Assembly: GCA_963771275.1 (NCBI GenBank)
Contig: CAVYSW010000009.1
Coordinates: 256,001 to 320,000, forward strand
Length of the DNA: 64,000 nt
From: an uncultured Gemmatimonadales bacterium
GTDB lineage: Bacteria > Gemmatimonadota > Gemmatimonadetes > Gemmatimonadales > GWC2-71-9
Direction: 5' to 3'
The notes beneath the pieces are model-generated. The model was given only the letters and a program-made list of their open reading frames with translations. It ran no database searches and was not told the origin of the DNA. Below are positions 9,400-18,894 of the stretch, one piece after another (the first letter of the stretch is position 1; every line of letters begins with the position of its first letter). Position numbers and translations under genes: made by a program.

Positions 9400-12074
9400 G
9401 CCCGGCGGGTGCGCGCACGCAGCTCCGACTTCCAATCATGCACCATGATGACCGCGGCTCCCGCGTCCGCGCTCTTCACGTAGGCGAACCGCCCGCCCTG
9501 CGGAGCGACGTCGTAGTTGGCGTGAAAGCCGAACCCCTGCTCGATGCCGCTCAGGAGGGTGTCACGGGCCGTGACGGCGAACGAGGGTGCGAAGGTCAGC
9601 GACGCCGACATCAACCGCGCACCGTCGAGGTAGAACAGCCGCCTGCCGTCATGCGACCATACCGGCTGGTTGCCCGACTCCAGGGACACCTGATACCGCG
9701 CGTCGAGGGCGGGGAATGGCTTGACGTAGACCTGATAGGTCCCCAGCTCGTCCGACTGATAGGCCACCCACCGGCCGTCGGGCGAGAAGCGCGCGGCGGT
9801 CTGCTGCCCGTCGTTCGCGGCCGCGACGATGTGGGGGAGGGTGTCGCCCCGCAGCCCGCGCACCCAGGTCCGGCCACCCGTGCCCGTGGAATCCCGCTGG
9901 AACAGCAGGTAGGCACCGTCGGCGGAGATCACGCCCTCGTACACGCCCGCGTCCGCCGCCCGGAAGAATTCCCGCGCCGGACGGTTCCCGTCGACCGGCT
10001 GCGTCCACAGCGCGTAGCCGCCGCCCCGATCGGACCGGAACAGCACACTGCGGCTGTCAGGCGTCCATTCGGGCCGGTCATTGACGGACCCCTCGGCGGT
10101 GAGGCGTCGCAGCGGGCCGGATGGGAGGTCCAGGATCCAGATGTCGGCCGACGTCGCGCCGCTGAGGGTTACCGCCAGGTGCCGACCGTCGGGAGAAAAC
10201 CGCGGGTACGAGGGACGCTGGTCTCCCGGGATGAGCGTTTGCCCCTGGCCCGAAGAGCCGGCGAGGACCAGCGGTTGCTGCTCGCTGCCCTGGGCCACAT
10301 ACACCAGCGATCCACTCGGGGACAGGGCGCCCTTGAACACTCCGCCCCCGCCGACGTACACGCCGCTGGCGACGGGAAGCGGCGTCCCGACAACACGCTG
10401 GTGGCGGGCATCGAACCCGACCGCCATGATCGCGCCGGACGCGCTCGCGTACACCAGTTGATCGTCCAGCACCGCCAGGGGGTGGGTGCCGACCAGGTCG
10501 AGCACGTGGGTCGTTCCCCCGGCCAGCGCACCGACCGCGATGCGGGCACCCGCGACCCCCGCCCGCGGCCAGCTCGTGTACAACACCGTTTTCCCGTCGG
10601 GGAGCACCAGCGGCCAGAACTGCAGCAGCTCGCCCCCTGCGGTGTCGATCGATCCCACCACGCGGGGCTCGCCGCCGTTCGCGGGGAGCACCGCCAGCCG
10701 GCCCTGCGCGCTGACCACGATTTGGTCGGCGGTCGCCCAGCTGGCTCCCTGCAGCAGCGGCAGCGACGCCAACGCTAACGGCGTGCCACCTTGCACCGGC
10801 ACCTTCATGAGCTGGGCACCGTTGTAGTAGCCGATCCACCGCCCGTCCGGAGAAAAGAACGGCTGCATCGCGCGATCCGTGCCGGGGAGCGCGTGCGCGG
10901 CAAGCTCGGCCAGGGACCGGACATACAGCTGCCGGTTCCCGCCACCGGCGATGCCGATGTACGCCAGTAGCGTTCCGTCGGGCGACAGGGCGAAGGGGGA
11001 TCCGACGGGGTCCACCCAACGTTCGTTCGCCGCGAAGTTGAGCACAAACCGCACGGGGGTGCGTGCGTCCTCGCGGTGCGGGACCATCCACGACACCGCG
11101 GCGGCGCCGAGCCCCGCTACCGCCAGCGCCGCAAACAGCAGCGTGACGGGGTGACGCAGCGCCTCGGGCCACGGTGCGCGGCGGGCTCGCCCGGGAAAAC
11201 CCCGGCGGGCGGGGCGCGCGGCTCCGGCAGGCGCCGTCGCGTCGGCGTGCAGGGCGTCGGCAAACTCCTGGGCGCTCGCGAAGCGGTCGGCGGGTAGCTT
11301 CTCCAGCGCTCTGAAGACCGCGGCCTCGATATGGGGCGCGACGGTGTGCCGCTGAACCGTGAGGCCGCGGGGCTCGTCCGTGAGCACCTGCGCGATGATG
11401 GCCTGCGCGGTGGGCCCGTTGAACGGCGGCTGGCCCACCAGCATCTCGTAGACCACGCAGCCCAAGGCATACACGTCCGCCTTGCCCGTGACGTCCCGCT
11501 CGCCCATCGCCTGTTCGGGCGCCATGTAGGCGGGGGTGCCGAGGCTCAAGCCTGTCTCGGTGAGCCGGGTGGCGCCGTCGGTGCGGCTCGCCGCCAGGGC
11601 AATGCCGAAGTCGGCCACCACCGCCCGGCCCTCGTGCAGCAGGATATTCTCGGGCTTGATGTCCCGGTGCACCACGCCGTGCCGGTGCGCGTAGTCGAGT
11701 GCGCTCGCCACCTCCGTGGCGATCCGCACCGTCTCGTCGATCGGCAGCTGCTTCTCGCGCAGCAGCCGGTCGCGCAGCGACTCGCCCTCGACGTACGGCA
11801 TCACATAATAGACGAGGCCTTCCACCTCGCCGGAGTCGTGCAGCGGCAGGATGTGCGGGTGCTGGAGGTTGGCGGTGGTCTTGATCTCCTTGAGGAACCG
11901 TTCCGCGCCGAGGATGGCAGCCAGCTCGGCGCGCAGCACCTTGAGGGCCACGCGGCGGTCATGGCGCAGGTCGTAGCCGAGGTACACGACCGCCATGCCC
12001 CCCTGGCCAAGCTCCCGCTCGACACGGTAGCGGCCGGCGAGGGCGGACGAGAGGAGATCCAGGTAGTCGGGCAT
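9387..12074 (-). CDS. Hanks-type Ser/Thr protein kinase with TM segment and TolB-like (PD40) beta-propeller
   Basis: ELGQGGMAVVY, VALKVL, HRDIKPEN, DFG, GTPAYMAPE; repeated FSPDG motifs. Confidence 0.95.
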   Translation of the reverse strand: MPDYLDLLSSALAGRYRVERELGQGGMAVVYLGYDLRHDRRVALKVLRAELAAILGAERFLKEIKTTANLQHPHILPLHDSGEVEGLVYYVMPYVEGESLRDRLLREKQLPIDETVRIATEVASALDYAHRHGVVHRDIKPENILLHEGRAVVADFGIALAASRTDGATRLTETGLSLGTPAYMAPEQAMGERDVTGKADVYALGCVVYEMLVGQPPFNGPTAQAIIAQVLTDEPRGLTVQRHTVAPHIEAAVFRALEKLPADRFASAQEFADALHADATAPAGAARPARRGFPGRARRAPWPEALRHPVTLLFAALAVAGLGAAAVSWMVPHREDARTPVRFVLNFAANERWVDPVGSPFALSPDGTLLAYIGIAGGGNRQLYVRSLAELAAHALPGTDRAMQPFFSPDGRWIGYYNGAQLMKVPVQGGTPLALASLPLLQGASWATADQIVVSAQGRLAVLPANGGEPRVVGSIDTAGGELLQFWPLVLPDGKTVLYTSWPRAGVAGARIAVGALAGGTTHVLDLVGTHPLAVLDDQLVYASASGAIMAVGFDARHQRVVGTPLPVASGVYVGGGGVFKGALSPSGSLVYVAQGSEQQPLVLAGSSGQGQTLIPGDQRPSYPRFSPDGRHLAVTLSGATSADIWILDLPSGPLRRLTAEGSVNDRPEWTPDSRSVLFRSDRGGGYALWTQPVDGNRPAREFFRAADAGVYEGVISADGAYLLFQRDSTGTGGRTWVRGLRGDTLPHIVAAANDGQQTAARFSPDGRWVAYQSDELGTYQVYVKPFPALDARYQVSLESGNQPVWSHDGRRLFYLDGARLMSASLTFAPSFAVTARDTLLSGIEQGFGFHANYDVAPQGGRFAYVKSADAGAAVIMVHDWKSELRARTRRADSR

Positions 12075-12234
12075 GGGCGAGCACGTAAGATGCAATGGAC
12101 CGGGCGCCCCAGCCAGTCGGCGCGTGGGGCGTGCGGCTCAACCCTCACGCGGCCGTTACCGTCCTGTCATCCGGGCGACACGCCAGCCTCACCTTGGTTT
12201 CCCATGTTCGGGATGGCCACAGCGAGGAGCGCCC

Positions 12235-12696
12235 GTGCGCACGATCGCCGGGTCTAACCGGCAGGGTCTCCAACGGGACGTGAACGTCGTCCCGATGATC
12301 GACATTCTCCTGGTCCTGCTGGTCATCTTCATGCTGCTCCAGGAAGGTCGGAAGGTGATCCACCTGCAGCTTCCCCCTGTCTCGCGGGCTGGGATTCCAG
12401 GGCCACAGGTCCCCCCGCAGATCGTCCTCGAGCTCCGCGGGGACGGGTCATACGCCATCAATGGGTCGCTGGTCGCCAAAGCCGTGCTCGGCCGCCGGCT
12501 GCGCGAGCTCTACCTCGAGCGGCCCGTCAAGCTGCTGTTCGTGCAGGCGGCGCCGGGGCGGCGCTTCGAGGACGTGGTCGAGGCCGCGGATATCGCGAAG
12601 GGCGCGGGCGTCCAGGTGATCGGGCTGGTCCCGCGAGCCGACCACGGTCCGGCCGGAGCCGACAGTCGCGCCCTCACCGCGCGACGTAGACCGTGA
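12235..12696 (+). CDS. exbD: ExbD/TolR biopolymer transport protein
   Basis: VNVVPMIDILLVLLVIFM signature; GAGGAG before the GTG start. Confidence 0.85.
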   Translation: MRTIAGSNRQGLQRDVNVVPMIDILLVLLVIFMLLQEGRKVIHLQLPPVSRAGIPGPQVPPQIVLELRGDGSYAINGSLVAKAVLGRRLRELYLERPVKLLFVQAAPGRRFEDVVEAADIAKGAGVQVIGLVPRADHGPAGADSRALTARRRP

Positions 12697-14575
12697 CGTG
12701 TGACGGCGCGGCCGCCGTGCGGTAGATGCGCTGCGTCGCCTTCACGTAGTCCTCCGCGCGGGCCTGGAAGATGTTGGGCACAAACGTCTGCGGGTTGCGG
12801 TCGATGACGGGGAACCAGGAACTCTGCACCTGCACCATGACGCGGTGGCCCGCGCGGAAGGTGTAGTCCTGGGTGTGCAGGTCGATGACGTAGGCCACCA
12901 CCCGGTTCGCGGGAATGGGCGCCGGCTTCTCGTAGCTGTCCCGGTAGCGGCCGCGGAACACCTCGTTGGCCACCATCAGTTGGTATCCGGCCAGACCCCA
13001 CTCCTGAGGGTAGTCCTCGGGATACACGTCGATGAGCTTGACCACCCAATCGGCATCGGTACCGGTGGTGCTGGCGAACAGGTGCGCCTCCAGCCTGCCG
13101 GCGATGGTCAGGTCCTCGGTGAGGGGTGCGCTCTCCCAGCTCAGCACGTCGGCCCGGTCATCCACGAAGCGCTGGTCCTCCAGCAGCCAGGTGTACCACT
13201 GCGAGCCGCCCGGGAAGTAGGTGGCCTGGATGGGCCGGCGGCGATACGGCACCGGGTGCGCCGGGTCGGACACATAGGCGTCATACGCCACCGTGTCGTC
13301 CGTCGCGGGCGGGTCGAACGACAGCTCCTCGTTGGCGCCAAAGTACAGGTTCCGCGCGGTGGTTTCCGCGCGGGGCGGCCAGGCGCTCCAGCGCCGCCAG
13401 CGGTTGCTGCCCGCCTCGAAGGTGAGCGCTTCCTCGACCGGTGGCCCTCCCGTGTCCTTGAGATAGTAGGCGAAGAACGGCGCCTGCACCCGGGCGCGGA
13501 AATACTCCCCGGTGGGGCTGCCGAAGGCGATCGGTCCCAGCGCGCTTCCCTCGCGATTCCACCCGCCGTGGTTCCACGGGCCGACCACGAGGAAGTTCAG
13601 GTGCTTGGTGTCCCGCAGCTCGAGCGTGTCGTAGATGGCGATGGGGCCGTAGAAATCCTCCTGATCCCACCAGCCTGCCACGTTGAGCGTGGGAACGGTG
13701 GGGGTCTTCAGGTAGCGCACGATGGTCTGGCGCTGCCAGAACGCGTCGTAGTCGGGATGCGCCACGTAGTCATTCCAGGTGGGGATCTGGCCGTGCAGGT
13801 GCCGCGCGTTGACATTGGCCAGCGGCCCCAACGAGAGGTACCAGTCGTAGGTGTCGTAGCGGTCGAAGGAGAAGTTCGTGCTGACGCTCGACGTTTCCAT
13901 CCTGGCGGCGTACTCGAAGCCGTAGCTCAGTCGGAAGGCACCGTTGTGATGGAAGTCATCCCCCAGCCACATATCGGCGGGCGAGGCCTGGGGCGAGGCC
14001 GCGCGCAACGCCGGGTGCGGATCGATCAGCGCCATGGCGGTGGTCCAGCCGTCGTAGGACACGCCCAGGATGCCTACCCGCCCGTTGTTGTTCGGCACGT
14101 TGCGGACGAGCCACTCGATGGTGTCGTAGGCGTCGGTGCTCTCGTCGGCGGCCCCGTGCTCCCAGGTGTGGACTGGCGGCCGCTGCATCACGAATGAGCC
14201 CTCCGAGCCGTATCGGCCGCGGATATCCTGGAACGCAAAGATGAACCCCTCGTCCGCCAGCTCCTTGTAGGACGAGCGGAACGCGCCGGCGGCGTCCATG
14301 ACGCCGTAGGGGGTGCGCCGGAACAGGATGGGGAGCGGCCCGGACTGGTCGCGCGGCGCGTAGATCAGCGTGTGCAGTCGCACGCCGTCACGCATGGGGA
14401 TCATCACCTCGCGGGACTCGAACCGGGAATCCTGCGCCGGCTGCTGCGCCCCGCCGATCGCGGGCGGCAGCGAAAGAACCAGCGCCGCGACCGCCCGCAC
14501 AACGCGGTGGGCCGCGCGAGCGGGCGGCCGATCCGGGGGTAGGGAGAATCCGGCGGAACGATGTCCGGCGCGCAT
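12674..14575 (-). CDS. CocE/NonD family hydrolase (alpha-amino acid esterase/glutaryl-7-ACA acylase-like); start uncertain
   Basis: IPMRDGVRLHT, RTPY, QDIRGRYGSEG, GVSYDG, GWWDQED, GPWNHG. Confidence 0.92.
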   Translation of the reverse strand: MRAGHRSAGFSLPPDRPPARAAHRVVRAVAALVLSLPPAIGGAQQPAQDSRFESREVMIPMRDGVRLHTLIYAPRDQSGPLPILFRRTPYGVMDAAGAFRSSYKELADEGFIFAFQDIRGRYGSEGSFVMQRPPVHTWEHGAADESTDAYDTIEWLVRNVPNNNGRVGILGVSYDGWTTAMALIDPHPALRAASPQASPADMWLGDDFHHNGAFRLSYGFEYAARMETSSVSTNFSFDRYDTYDWYLSLGPLANVNARHLHGQIPTWNDYVAHPDYDAFWQRQTIVRYLKTPTVPTLNVAGWWDQEDFYGPIAIYDTLELRDTKHLNFLVVGPWNHGGWNREGSALGPIAFGSPTGEYFRARVQAPFFAYYLKDTGGPPVEEALTFEAGSNRWRRWSAWPPRAETTARNLYFGANEELSFDPPATDDTVAYDAYVSDPAHPVPYRRRPIQATYFPGGSQWYTWLLEDQRFVDDRADVLSWESAPLTEDLTIAGRLEAHLFASTTGTDADWVVKLIDVYPEDYPQEWGLAGYQLMVANEVFRGRYRDSYEKPAPIPANRVVAYVIDLHTQDYTFRAGHRVMVQVQSSWFPVIDRNPQTFVPNIFQARAEDYVKATQRIYRTAAAPSHVTVYVAR

Positions 14576-14729
14576 GGGGTTCGCTCCCGAGCTGGCGGTG
14601 ACGCCTCGACCGGAACGGCTCCGGTCGCTCACGCGCGAAATTACCGCGATGGTGGCGCGGCGGGAATCACGCGGACTCGCCCAGCAGAGTTGGGCCGCTC
14701 GACCCGGCGCTGTCCGGCCCGGAGCGCCC

Positions 14730-15434
14730 TCACTGCTTCGTCACCGCCAACCCCGTGACCAGCCCCTCCGTGTTATGGGCAAACCGGATCCCGTACACGC
14801 CGTCGGTGGACTTGAGCTTGCCGGCGGTCACCAGGGCGGCCTTGTCGTAGCTTCCCACGACGGTGCCGTTGATCGCGCACTCGACCTTGTCCCCCTTGAC
14901 CGAGACCGCGATCTCCTGGGTCACGGGCTCGCCCTGCCCGGCGGCTTTGTGGACCGCCGCGTTCGGCTCGGCGCGCCGCCCGTTCACCTGGAACGGCTCC
15001 GGGCCGAAACCGCGCACGATGAAGCTCCCGTTACCGTACGCGGCGCAGTAGAGGTAGCTCTGCTGATCCGTGCCCAGATCGTTCCCGCCGATCACGATGC
15101 CGTACGGATGGGGATGGTCGTTCAGGCTCATGTACTTGGGCTCGCGGAACGTCGCCTTGACCGTGTAGTTGCCGCTCGCCGTGTTGGCCGGATTCCAGTA
15201 GGTCACGGCGGGACCGGTGGTGACGTGGAGGGCGTCGCCCTCCTTGGCGAGCTTGGCGTCGCTCAGCGTCTGGCCCTGACCGGCCTCCCGGGCGTCGATC
15301 TTGCCCTGCCAGCCCGCCACGGAGATCCCGCCGCCCGCGACGGAGCGGGACGCTTCGGCTTGTTGGGCTGGGGCGGGCCGCGGCGCGAGCAGGATGGCGG
15401 TGGCGACGAGCGCGGAACCGTACGTACGGCGCAT
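14730..15434 (-). CDS. Secreted hypothetical protein (beta-sandwich, DUF1080-like)
   Basis: Signal peptide ending PAPAQQ; typical codon usage; HPHPYG, YLYCAAYGNG. Confidence 0.65.
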   Translation of the reverse strand: MRRTYGSALVATAILLAPRPAPAQQAEASRSVAGGGISVAGWQGKIDAREAGQGQTLSDAKLAKEGDALHVTTGPAVTYWNPANTASGNYTVKATFREPKYMSLNDHPHPYGIVIGGNDLGTDQQSYLYCAAYGNGSFIVRGFGPEPFQVNGRRAEPNAAVHKAAGQGEPVTQEIAVSVKGDKVECAINGTVVGSYDKAALVTAGKLKSTDGVYGIRFAHNTEGLVTGLAVTKQ

Positions 15435-15672
15435 GGGGGACCTCGCATTGTGGGGGGTGGCTGGATTACCCAACAATAGCCGCGTCTACCCCGCGCCGCG
15501 ATCCGGGGTCCGGAAGGCGCCGCCCACCGACGCCGACCGCCCGGTCTTCGCGCATGCCGCGAGCGCGACGCACAGCAACACGACACCGTACCGCATGCGA
15601 TGCCCCCCGATTCGGATTGCACCAAGGTATCGCCGGGCGGGCCGGGGGACGACCGTCACCGGGCCGGCGGCG

Positions 15673-16191
15673 TCACTGCGGTGCTGGCGTCCCGCCCCCG
15701 CGCCCGGCGGTGCCGATCGCCCGAATGCGCGCTTCGAGGGCCATCCGCTCCAGCTTCGCGAACGGCAGGGCGAGCAGCAGATCGATCCGGCGCTTGAGCA
15801 GGTCGCGCGCGAGCCGGAACGCGCGGAGCCGCTGGGCCTCGTCCCCGAGCGCGGCGGCCGGGTCTTCCACCCCCCAGTGCGCCGTCATCGGCAGCCCGGG
15901 AACGATCGGGCAGCTTTCCCGGGCCTGGTCGCACACGGTGATCACGAGATCCCACCCGTCGCCCAGCACCGACTCGACCGTCTTGGGACGCAAGCCCGTG
16001 CCGTCGAGCCCGACGTCGGCCAGCACGCGGAGCGCCAGCGGATGCACGGCGGCGGCGGGGAACGTGCCGGCGCTCGACGCCCGGAACGCGCCCCGGCCCC
16101 AGTGGTTCAACAACGCTTCCGCCATCTGGCTGCGGGCGGAGTTGCCGGTGCAGACGAACAGCACGCGGAGCGGCGACCTGGGCTGGGACAT
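15673..16191 (-). CDS. arsC: Arsenate reductase ArsC (LMW-PTP fold)
   Basis: VLFVCTGNSARSQMAE, VITVCD, ESCP, HWGVEDP. Confidence 0.9.
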   Translation of the reverse strand: MSQPRSPLRVLFVCTGNSARSQMAEALLNHWGRGAFRASSAGTFPAAAVHPLALRVLADVGLDGTGLRPKTVESVLGDGWDLVITVCDQARESCPIVPGLPMTAHWGVEDPAAALGDEAQRLRAFRLARDLLKRRIDLLLALPFAKLERMALEARIRAIGTAGRGGGTPAPQ

Positions 16192-16233
16192 CGGGTCAGG
16201 ACCTCACGTCGAACAAGGTGAACGGGCCGTGCC

Positions 16234-16677
16234 TCATCGCAGACGGGTGCGCGCCGGAGCGACGAGCTTGTTGAAGGCGCAGCACGCGCCCCCCAAGGGG
16301 TTCGCCTTCCGCTCGGCCACCCGGGCCATCGCGGCGCGGCGCTCGCGATCGAGCAACGGGATGCCCGCGAAGCACGAGCGCACGCAGTTGATCAGGTTGC
16401 GATGCAGGGAATGCCGTGGTGTCGCCAGACGGTAGTGCGCGAACTTCCAGCCGCGGCGCGCCTCAACCAGGCCCGCGCGGCGGAGATAGGCGAGATGGCG
16501 AGAGACCGTGGGCTGCGGCAGCTGGAGCAGCGCCACCACGTCGCAGACGCACAGCTCGCCCGCCGCGAGCAGGTTGAGAATCCGAAGCCGGGTCGCGTCG
16601 GCGAAGCCGCGATACAGGGTCTCCAGCCCCCCGACGGCTGGCGCGGCCGCGCCGCGCTTGGGAACGGTGGTTGTCAT
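16234..16677 (-). CDS. arsR: ArsR/SmtB metalloregulator
   Basis: ADATRLRIL, ELCVCD, QPTVSRHLAYLR; C-terminal CC. Confidence 0.9.
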   Translation of the reverse strand: MTTTVPKRGAAAPAVGGLETLYRGFADATRLRILNLLAAGELCVCDVVALLQLPQPTVSRHLAYLRRAGLVEARRGWKFAHYRLATPRHSLHRNLINCVRSCFAGIPLLDRERRAAMARVAERKANPLGGACCAFNKLVAPARTRLR

Positions 16678-16698
16678 ATTCGTCTACGCGGATATAAT
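16671..16698. promoter_or_regulatory. Putative ArsR operator overlapping a plus-strand sigma70 promoter
   Basis: Imperfect palindrome ATATTCG-N6-CGGATAT (16676-16695); TTGTCA-N16-TATAAT (16671-16698). Confidence 0.6.
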
Positions 16699-16737
16699 CA
16701 GCAGCCGGACGTCGCGGCGCAACAGCGAGGATCACCC

Positions 16738-16894
16738 GTGTTGATCGAGATTCTCGGCAGCGGCTGCCCCAAGTGCTTCGAGACCGAGCGGCGTGATGCG
16801 CACGCCTGCGGTGGCGGTCGACGGGACTGTCAGGTTGAGTGGAGGTGTCCCCGCGGTCGAGGACCTGGTGGGACTGCTGGCCCCATCCGGCTGA
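16738..16894 (+). pseudogene. Small redox-active disulfide protein (Thioredoxin_3 type) with an internal deletion
   Basis: MLIEILGSGCPKCFETERR joined out of frame to GVMRTPAVAVDGTVRLSGGVP; the middle ~25-30 aa are missing. Confidence 0.8.
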
Positions 16895-17041
16895 GCGGGG
16901 CGGACGCATCCTGTAACCGGCGGGCGGCCGACTCCGAGACTCCCGTGCCGCTCTCGGCGCGGCGCCGCCCAACACCGCATCGCGCTCGCACGGCGGCGGC
17001 CGCCGCGGCCGGACGCATGGAGCCCGCGCCCCGCTGACGCG

Positions 17042-18319
17042 CTACACGCCGCTTCGGAGGAACCGTCCGATCGCCGCGACCGTGCGATCCACCTCGGCCA
17101 TCGAGTTGTAGAGATGCGGTGACAGCCGGATGCCCGGGCGGTCGTCCCCTCCGCGCGCGATGCCGACCACGCCGTCCTTCTCGTAGAGGGCCGTGGCAAG
17201 TCGTGACGGGTCGAGTCCGGCCGGGCGGAACGACACCACGGCAGCCGACCGCTCGGGATCCGGGTGGGTCCACAGGGTGACGCCGTCCAGTCCTCGCAGC
17301 CCGGCCATCAACGCCTGCGCCAACTCGCGGGCGCGCGCTTCGATGGCGGCCCGGCCGATCCCCGTCTGGAACCGGATCGCGTCGCCCAGCGCCGCCAGCG
17401 CCGGCTCGTCGCGCTGGCCCATCGCCTCCAGCGTGCGCGACGCACCGACCCGCCCGGCATAGAGGCTCACCACCGTCGGCAGCAGCCTGTCCTGCACGTC
17501 GCGGCGGACGTAGAGCACGCCGGTTTCCTTGGGACCACACAGCCACTTGTGGGCGGACCCCGTGTAGAAGTCCGCCCCCATTTCGGCGGGGCGCACGGCC
17601 AGCACGCCGAAGGTCTGCGCGCCGTCCACCAGGGTCAGCACGCCGCGCTCGCGCGCCACCCGGCACAGCTCGGCGGCGGGCAGCAGGTCGCCCGCCGTGT
17701 TGGTGACATGGCTGAACGCGAGCACGCGGGTGCGCGGCGAAAGGGCCCGCGTGAACGCCTCCACGTAGTGCTCGGGCCCCGGGTGCGGATTCACCTGCGG
17801 CACGACCACCACCCGATACCCGAACCGCTCGGCCTTGACGTGCCAGGCGCGGAGCGCGCTCGGGTGGTTGTCGGCGAACACGACGACTTCGTCCTGGGGC
17901 CCAAGCGCCAAACCGCTCGAGACCAGGTTGTTGCCCTCGCTCGTGTTGCGCGTGAGCACGATCTCCTCCGGCGCCACGCCCAGGAACACGGCCACGAGCG
18001 CCCGCGTCGCTTCGCGCGCGTCGGGCAGCTTGGCCCGCGTCACCGGCGACGGGTCGCTCTCGAGCAGGCGGGTCCACCGCTCGAGGCTCTCGATCACCGG
18101 GCGCGGTGTCGGGCACAGGTTCGCCGCGTTCATGAAGGCCATGCGCTCCGGCAGCAGGAACTGCGCGCGGACATCGGCCCAGTATCGTTCGTCCGGAGCA
18201 TCGGGCATTGGCGGGAGCGGCGCGGGCTGGGCCCGGGCGGCGGGAGCACGACCGAGCAGGGTAGCGGGGCCCGACAGGGCGAGCAGTCGGGCAAAGTCAC
18301 GGCGGGACAGTCTCGGCAT
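17042..18319 (-). CDS. Tat-exported class V PLP enzyme (isopenicillin N epimerase/PvdN-like)
   Basis: SRRDFARLL twin-arginine signal; RNTSEG, VDGAQ, SAHKWLCGP. Confidence 0.88.
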   Translation of the reverse strand: MPRLSRRDFARLLALSGPATLLGRAPAARAQPAPLPPMPDAPDERYWADVRAQFLLPERMAFMNAANLCPTPRPVIESLERWTRLLESDPSPVTRAKLPDAREATRALVAVFLGVAPEEIVLTRNTSEGNNLVSSGLALGPQDEVVVFADNHPSALRAWHVKAERFGYRVVVVPQVNPHPGPEHYVEAFTRALSPRTRVLAFSHVTNTAGDLLPAAELCRVARERGVLTLVDGAQTFGVLAVRPAEMGADFYTGSAHKWLCGPKETGVLYVRRDVQDRLLPTVVSLYAGRVGASRTLEAMGQRDEPALAALGDAIRFQTGIGRAAIEARARELAQALMAGLRGLDGVTLWTHPDPERSAAVVSFRPAGLDPSRLATALYEKDGVVGIARGGDDRPGIRLSPHLYNSMAEVDRTVAAIGRFLRSGV

Positions 18320-18437
18320 GGCAGCCTCCTGGTCGCCGATGAAGCTACGGGCGCCGGCCGGCCCCGGCGAGCCGCGCTCCCCTTCCGCCATCGCCGCTTC
18401 GGCGCGAACTTAGACCATCCCCAGCCGGAGCCCCCGC

Positions 18438-18893
18438 ATGCCCCCCGTCGACTTCACGGTCAACGGCACGCGTCACTCCGTGGACGTCGCGCCCGACACC
18501 CCGCTCCTCTGGGTGCTGCGCGACGACCTCGGCCTCACCGGCACCAAGTTCGGCTGCGGCATCGCCGAATGCGGCGCCTGCACCGTCCACGTGGACGGCG
18601 TCGCCACCCGCTCGTGCGTGGTCCCCATCAGCACCGTGGCCGGCAAGCGTGTGACGACCATCGAGGGGCTATCCCGCGACCGCAGCCACCCGGTGCAGCG
18701 GGCGTGGATTGCCGAGGAGGTCCCGCAGTGCGGCTACTGCCAGTCCGGCCAGATCATGGCCGCGGTGGCGCTGCTGGAGGCGACGCCCAAGCCGAGCGAC
18801 GCGGAGATCGACGCCGCCATGACGAACATCTGCCGCTGCGGGACGTACCTCCGCATCCGGGCCGCCATCCATCACGCGGCCGGGGAGGTGTGA
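18438..18893 (+). CDS. (2Fe-2S) small subunit of an isoquinoline-1-oxidoreductase-like molybdoenzyme
   Basis: [33 protein letters not shown]. Confidence 0.95.
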   Translation: MPPVDFTVNGTRHSVDVAPDTPLLWVLRDDLGLTGTKFGCGIAECGACTVHVDGVATRSCVVPISTVAGKRVTTIEGLSRDRSHPVQRAWIAEEVPQCGYCQSGQIMAAVALLEATPKPSDAEIDAAMTNICRCGTYLRIRAAIHHAAGEV

Positions 18894-18894
18894 C

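Noticed and set aside
6412..9483. Very long alternative ORFs (also 36671-40765, 46420-49848, 52361-55696, 30645-32957)
   Set aside because: Shadow frames of recognisable genes. They are Arg/Pro/Gly-rich, motif-free and expected at ~70% GC.
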